Made by a program: the position numbers and the translations under genes. Positions 61,785 through 64,000 of a DNA stretch of 64,000 nucleotides are shown here, piece by piece; position 1 is the first letter of the stretch, and the number at the start of each line of letters is the position of its first letter. Under the pieces are notes generated by a model. It was not told the origin of the DNA and ran no database searches. It saw nothing but the letters and a program-made list of their open reading frames with translations. This DNA comes from an uncultured Planctomycetaceae bacterium. Lineage in GTDB: Bacteria; Planctomycetota; Planctomycetia; Isosphaerales; Isosphaeraceae. The stretch is taken from assembly GCA_963833985.1 (NCBI GenBank), contig CAWIAD010000001.1, forward strand, positions 2,112,001 through 2,176,000, given 5' to 3'.

Positions 61785-62096
61785 ATGGCGAAAAGGCTTT
61801 ACGTCGGGAACCTCAAGTACACCGTGACTTCCGAGCAGCTCGAAGAGCTGTTCGAGCAATTTGGGGTCGTGAACTCGGCCCAGGTCTTGATTGATCGCGA
61901 CACGGGGCGGAGCCGTGGATTCGGCTTCGTCGAGATGCAAAATGATGACGAGGCAGACGCGGCCATCGAGTCTCTCGACGGCCGCGACCACGACGGCCGC
62001 CGTCTTACCGTCAACGAGGCCAAGCCACGAACCCAGGGGGGCGGTGGGGGAAGCGGAGGCGGTTACCGGCGCGGCGGTTACGACCGAGACTACTGA
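61785..62096 (+). CDS. RRM RNA-binding protein
   Basis: RNP2 LYVGNL, RNP1 RGFGFVEM, Gly-rich tail. Confidence 0.95.
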   Translation: MAKRLYVGNLKYTVTSEQLEELFEQFGVVNSAQVLIDRDTGRSRGFGFVEMQNDDEADAAIESLDGRDHDGRRLTVNEAKPRTQGGGGGSGGGYRRGGYDRDY

Positions 62097-62120
62097 GGCG
62101 AGCCGCGAACCGTTCCGCAC

Positions 62121-63374
62121 ATGCCGTTCCGGGAGGCAACCATCCAGAAACTCATCGCCGGCTCGCCGGCCACCCGGAATTCGCCGTCGCTCGAGATGCC
62201 AGCACCTGACGCGTGCTCAGCCCGGAATGAGGCTGATCCCTCGTGGATCCGGCCGCGCGCCGCGTACATACACGTTCCATTCTGCGCCCACAAGTGCGGC
62301 TACTGCGACTTTGCATCGCTGGCGGGTTCCGACCACCTCGCGGAACGCTACCTGCAAGCCCTGGAGCACGAGATCGCCACGGCCCTGCGACAGCCTCAAC
62401 CGGTGACGACGATCTTCGTCGGCGGGGGGACGCCGACCAGGCTCGGCCCTGACCAGCTCGATCGGCTGATGGCAATCATCGGGCGCTGGTTTTCCCTGGA
62501 GCCGGGGGGGGAATGGACCGTCGAGGCGAACCCGGGAACCGTCGACGTATCGAAGGCGGACATCCTGGCAGCCGCCGGCGTCAACCGCGTCAGCCTGGGC
62601 GCGCAGTCGTTCCGGCCGTCGCTGCTGGCCGCGCTGGAACGGAATCACGGTCCGGACGAGGTCGCTACCGCGGTGGAATTGATTGCCGCTCGATTCCCGC
62701 GCTGGTCGCTCGACCTCATCTTCGGCATCCCCGGATCGACGCTCGCCGACTGCCAGGAGGATCTCGCGACAGCGCTCGGGCTCGGGCCCGCGCACATTTC
62801 GTGTTACGGCCTGGTCTACGAGAAGGGGACCAACCTCTGGAAAGAATGGCAGGCCGGGAAAGTGATGGAGGTGGATGAAGCGACCGAGCGGGCGATGTAC
62901 GAGAGCGTGATGGACAGGCTCTCCGCATCGGGGCTGGAGATGTACGAGATCTCGAACTTTGCACGGCCCGGCCACGAGTCGCTTCATAACCTGGTGTACT
63001 GGGTGAACGACGCCTATTTCGGGTTTGGTCTGGGCGCCGCGCGATACGTCGCGGGAGTGCGCTCGGTCAACACGCGTGACCTGGCGGCCTACCTGCGCCG
63101 GATCGAGGCGGGCGAACCGGCCACCGGACCGAGCGAGCGGCTTGATCCCGAGGCGCGCGCCCGCGAGACGGCCATGCTCATGCTCCGCCGCACCAGGCTG
63201 GGGATCGACCGGGACGATTACCGGAGGCGCACCGGCTTCACCGTGGACGCGCTCTTCGGCGATCTGGTGGCTCGTTTCGTGGACAGGGGCTTGCTCGAGG
63301 ACAGCGGCCAGCGAGTCCGGTTCACCCGGGAGGGGCTGTTCCTGGCTGACATCGTGCTTCGCGAGCTGGTCTGA
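62121..63374 (+). CDS. hemW: Radical SAM heme chaperone HemW (start may be 62196)
   Basis: YIHVPFCAHKCGYCDF, GGGTP, EANP, YEISNFA, HNLVYW. Confidence 0.92.
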   Translation: MPFREATIQKLIAGSPATRNSPSLEMPAPDACSARNEADPSWIRPRAAYIHVPFCAHKCGYCDFASLAGSDHLAERYLQALEHEIATALRQPQPVTTIFVGGGTPTRLGPDQLDRLMAIIGRWFSLEPGGEWTVEANPGTVDVSKADILAAAGVNRVSLGAQSFRPSLLAALERNHGPDEVATAVELIAARFPRWSLDLIFGIPGSTLADCQEDLATALGLGPAHISCYGLVYEKGTNLWKEWQAGKVMEVDEATERAMYESVMDRLSASGLEMYEISNFARPGHESLHNLVYWVNDAYFGFGLGAARYVAGVRSVNTRDLAAYLRRIEAGEPATGPSERLDPEARARETAMLMLRRTRLGIDRDDYRRRTGFTVDALFGDLVARFVDRGLLEDSGQRVRFTREGLFLADIVLRELV

Positions 63375-63418
63375 AAAGACCCGCGCCGTGCGGCCGTGAA
63401 CGTTCACCCGGGACTGAA

Positions 63419-64000
63419 TCAGCTTCGACGTAGCTGGTCGGCACGCGCGGCGAGCTTGATGACGGCAGCGTGGAAGAGCCCCCGGGCGTTCGGGCTGGCC
63501 GAGCGGTAGCTGTCGACGAAGCCATCAGCCTGGGTCCACGTGATCACTTGCATGATCTGGCGTGACATGAGCTCGAGTAGCTCATCGATGGTCGGGGCCG
63601 AGACCGAGACCGGGCCTTCGCTGGCGACCGAGCGAGGGTCCGGCTCACCCTGCCAGTGAATCTCGTCAGCGGCCTTTCCCTTGGCCCTGGAAGGCCCGGC
63701 CGCTTCGATGGGGGGAGCCGCCGTCGCGCCCATGCCACGGCGACCGCTTTCTGCGCTGTCGTCGGCATCTTCCGGCTTGCTCTTGGGCCGTTCCGGCTGC
63801 TCGCGGGGAATCCCGGCGGAAGTGTAGAGCTTGCCATCGGAGCCAACCCGTCCCGGGTTATTGGGAATCTGGTTGCCTTCGATGAGCTGCCGGCGGATCT
63901 TGGCGACGAGCTCGCGGCTGACGGCGAGTTCTTCGGACATGCGACGGTCCGACCAGTCGTGATGCAGCTTGAGCTTCACCTCCACGGCGCGCCGACGTTC
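63419..64000 (-). CDS. Probable ParB-like/HTH DNA-binding protein (N-terminus beyond the window)
   Basis: RRRAV...WSDRRMSEELAVSRELVAKIR helix-turn-helix followed by RVGSDGKLY. Confidence 0.6.
   Translation of the reverse strand, partial: ERRRAVEVKLKLHHDWSDRRMSEELAVSRELVAKIRRQLIEGNQIPNNPGRVGSDGKLYTSAGIPREQPERPKSKPEDADDSAESGRRGMGATAAPPIEAAGPSRAKGKAADEIHWQGEPDPRSVASEGPVSVSAPTIDELLELMSRQIMQVITWTQADGFVDSYRSASPNARGLFHAAVIKLAARADQLRRS

Overview
GC-rich bacterial DNA, almost certainly a planctomycete (Isosphaeraceae-like): it has a DUF1559 prepilin-type gene, a LEPRxLL-type surface protein and an ECF sigma factor with a long C-terminal extension. Core content: thrC-dapB, UDP-glucuronate decarboxylase, a lone CusA/CzcA RND pump, a BlaI/BlaR1(M56) pair, a PL11 lyase plus DUF2961, tRNA-Pro(GGG), pyrF, a 1638-aa adhesin, a complete A2-type cytochrome c oxidase cluster, a complete F1Fo ATP synthase operon, DUF4912, a UVR-motif protein, 6S RNA-ygfA, a PmoA-family protein, an RRM protein and hemW. 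The clearest accessory element is a 4.68-kb Tn3-family transposon (23698-28378) with 40-bp terminal inverted repeats and a 5-bp AATCT target duplication. It has a resolvase, a res site, an internally deleted tnpA and one cargo gene, an ECF sigma factor fused to an RND membrane-fusion protein. Other oddities: an L7/L12-C-terminal-like domain inserted in oxidase subunit III, a ~50-aa insertion in ATP synthase alpha, a BlaR1 whose sensor region is a 14-aa tandem repeat, and a candidate structured sRNA upstream of DUF4912. Six genes carry 1-2 nt frameshifts that look like sequencing errors. All family calls come from motif recognition by eye; no searches were run.
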